Assembly: GCA_049583675.1 (NCBI GenBank)
Contig: JBAUWG010000037.1
Span: 1 to 57,098, forward strand
Direction: 5' to 3'
Length of the DNA: 57,098 nucleotides
Source: Desulfobacterales bacterium
GTDB taxonomy: Bacteria > Desulfobacterota > Desulfobacteria > Desulfobacterales > UBA11574
The notes beneath the pieces are model-generated. The model did no database searches, was not told the DNA's origin, and saw only the letters and a list, made by a program, of their open reading frames with translations. The position numbers and the translations under genes were made by a program. How positions within the stretch are numbered: position 1 is the stretch's first letter; every line of letters starts with the position of its first letter. Below, in pieces: positions 56,960 through 57,098 of this stretch.

Positions 56960-57098
56960 AACGTTTCGGGAATTTTTAATTTATTGAGTCTTGGTTTTAT
57001 TGCTTTGTACGTGGAATAATGGAATAGTGGGATATTGATTTTTAGAGGAATGTTATCATTTATGATTTTTTTAATGTCCGATTAAGACGGATTTTACC
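56960..57098 (+). repeat. Structured intergenic repeat, copy C (downstream of pyrE, truncated by window end)
   Basis: AACGTTTCGGGAATTT, then the tandem 8-mers GGAATAAT GGAATAGT GGGATATT (57013-57036). These match the reverse complement of the 3' arm of copy A. The window ends before a partner arm could be seen. Confidence 0.6.

Noticed and set aside
1-57098. Search for CRISPR arrays, IS elements, integrases, prophage or defence-type genes, tRNA/rRNA.
   Set aside because: None recognised. Apart from the three-copy intergenic element, the window looks like core chromosome with conserved operons, with no direct-repeat/spacer arrays and no mobility genes.

Overview
This is a 57.1-kb chromosomal window that is densely coding, with about 45 CDS. 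I recognised no rRNA, tRNA, CRISPR array, transposase or integrase. The gene content (fused B12 mutase IcmF, tungsten-type aldehyde:ferredoxin oxidoreductase, AmmeMemoRadiSam genes, TRAP transporter, a sigma-54-type promoter) suggests an anaerobic Desulfobacterota-like organism; that is inference only.

Layout:
- 1-16.4 kb: an acyl-CoA catabolic regulon made of two divergent operons around a TetR gene with twin palindromic operators. The minus strand carries crotonase-like, ACAD, enoyl-CoA hydratase, carboxyltransferase, HMGL-like lyase and XRE-cupin genes. The plus strand carries tetR, icmF, thiolase, hbd, XRE-cupin and ACAD.
- 16.8-18.4 kb: small proteins, namely an extremely acidic protein behind a sigma-54-like promoter, a tandem-ACT protein and a SYLF protein.
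- 18.6-29.9 kb: outer-membrane biogenesis genes. An AsmA/YhdP-like gene lies head-to-head with tamB, followed by a long Omp85 and a C39-like/TPR lipoprotein.
- 30.2-36.9 kb: tolC-family, ftsE, ftsX, EnvC-like, Ctp and YibQ-like genes, tightly coupled.
- 37.1-42.6 kb: a CPBP-like membrane protein and an AmmeMemoRadiSam module whose soluble parts carry Sec/Tat signals. A polytopic spermidine-synthase-like gene interrupts the module.
- 42.7-45.1 kb: a Zn-ribbon/wHTH regulator divergent from aor.
- 45.3-48.9 kb: an SH3, M48 lipoprotein and CHASE2 nucleotide cyclase operon.
- 49-57 kb: housekeeping genes (rsfS, nadD, proA, proB, obg, rpmA, rplU, fdhD, pyrE).

The most unusual items are the export-signal-bearing AmmeMemoRadiSam/SpeE-like module and a three-copy structured intergenic repeat family built from 8-nt GGAATAnT periodic arrays. 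All functional calls come from motif recognition by eye; no database search was possible.
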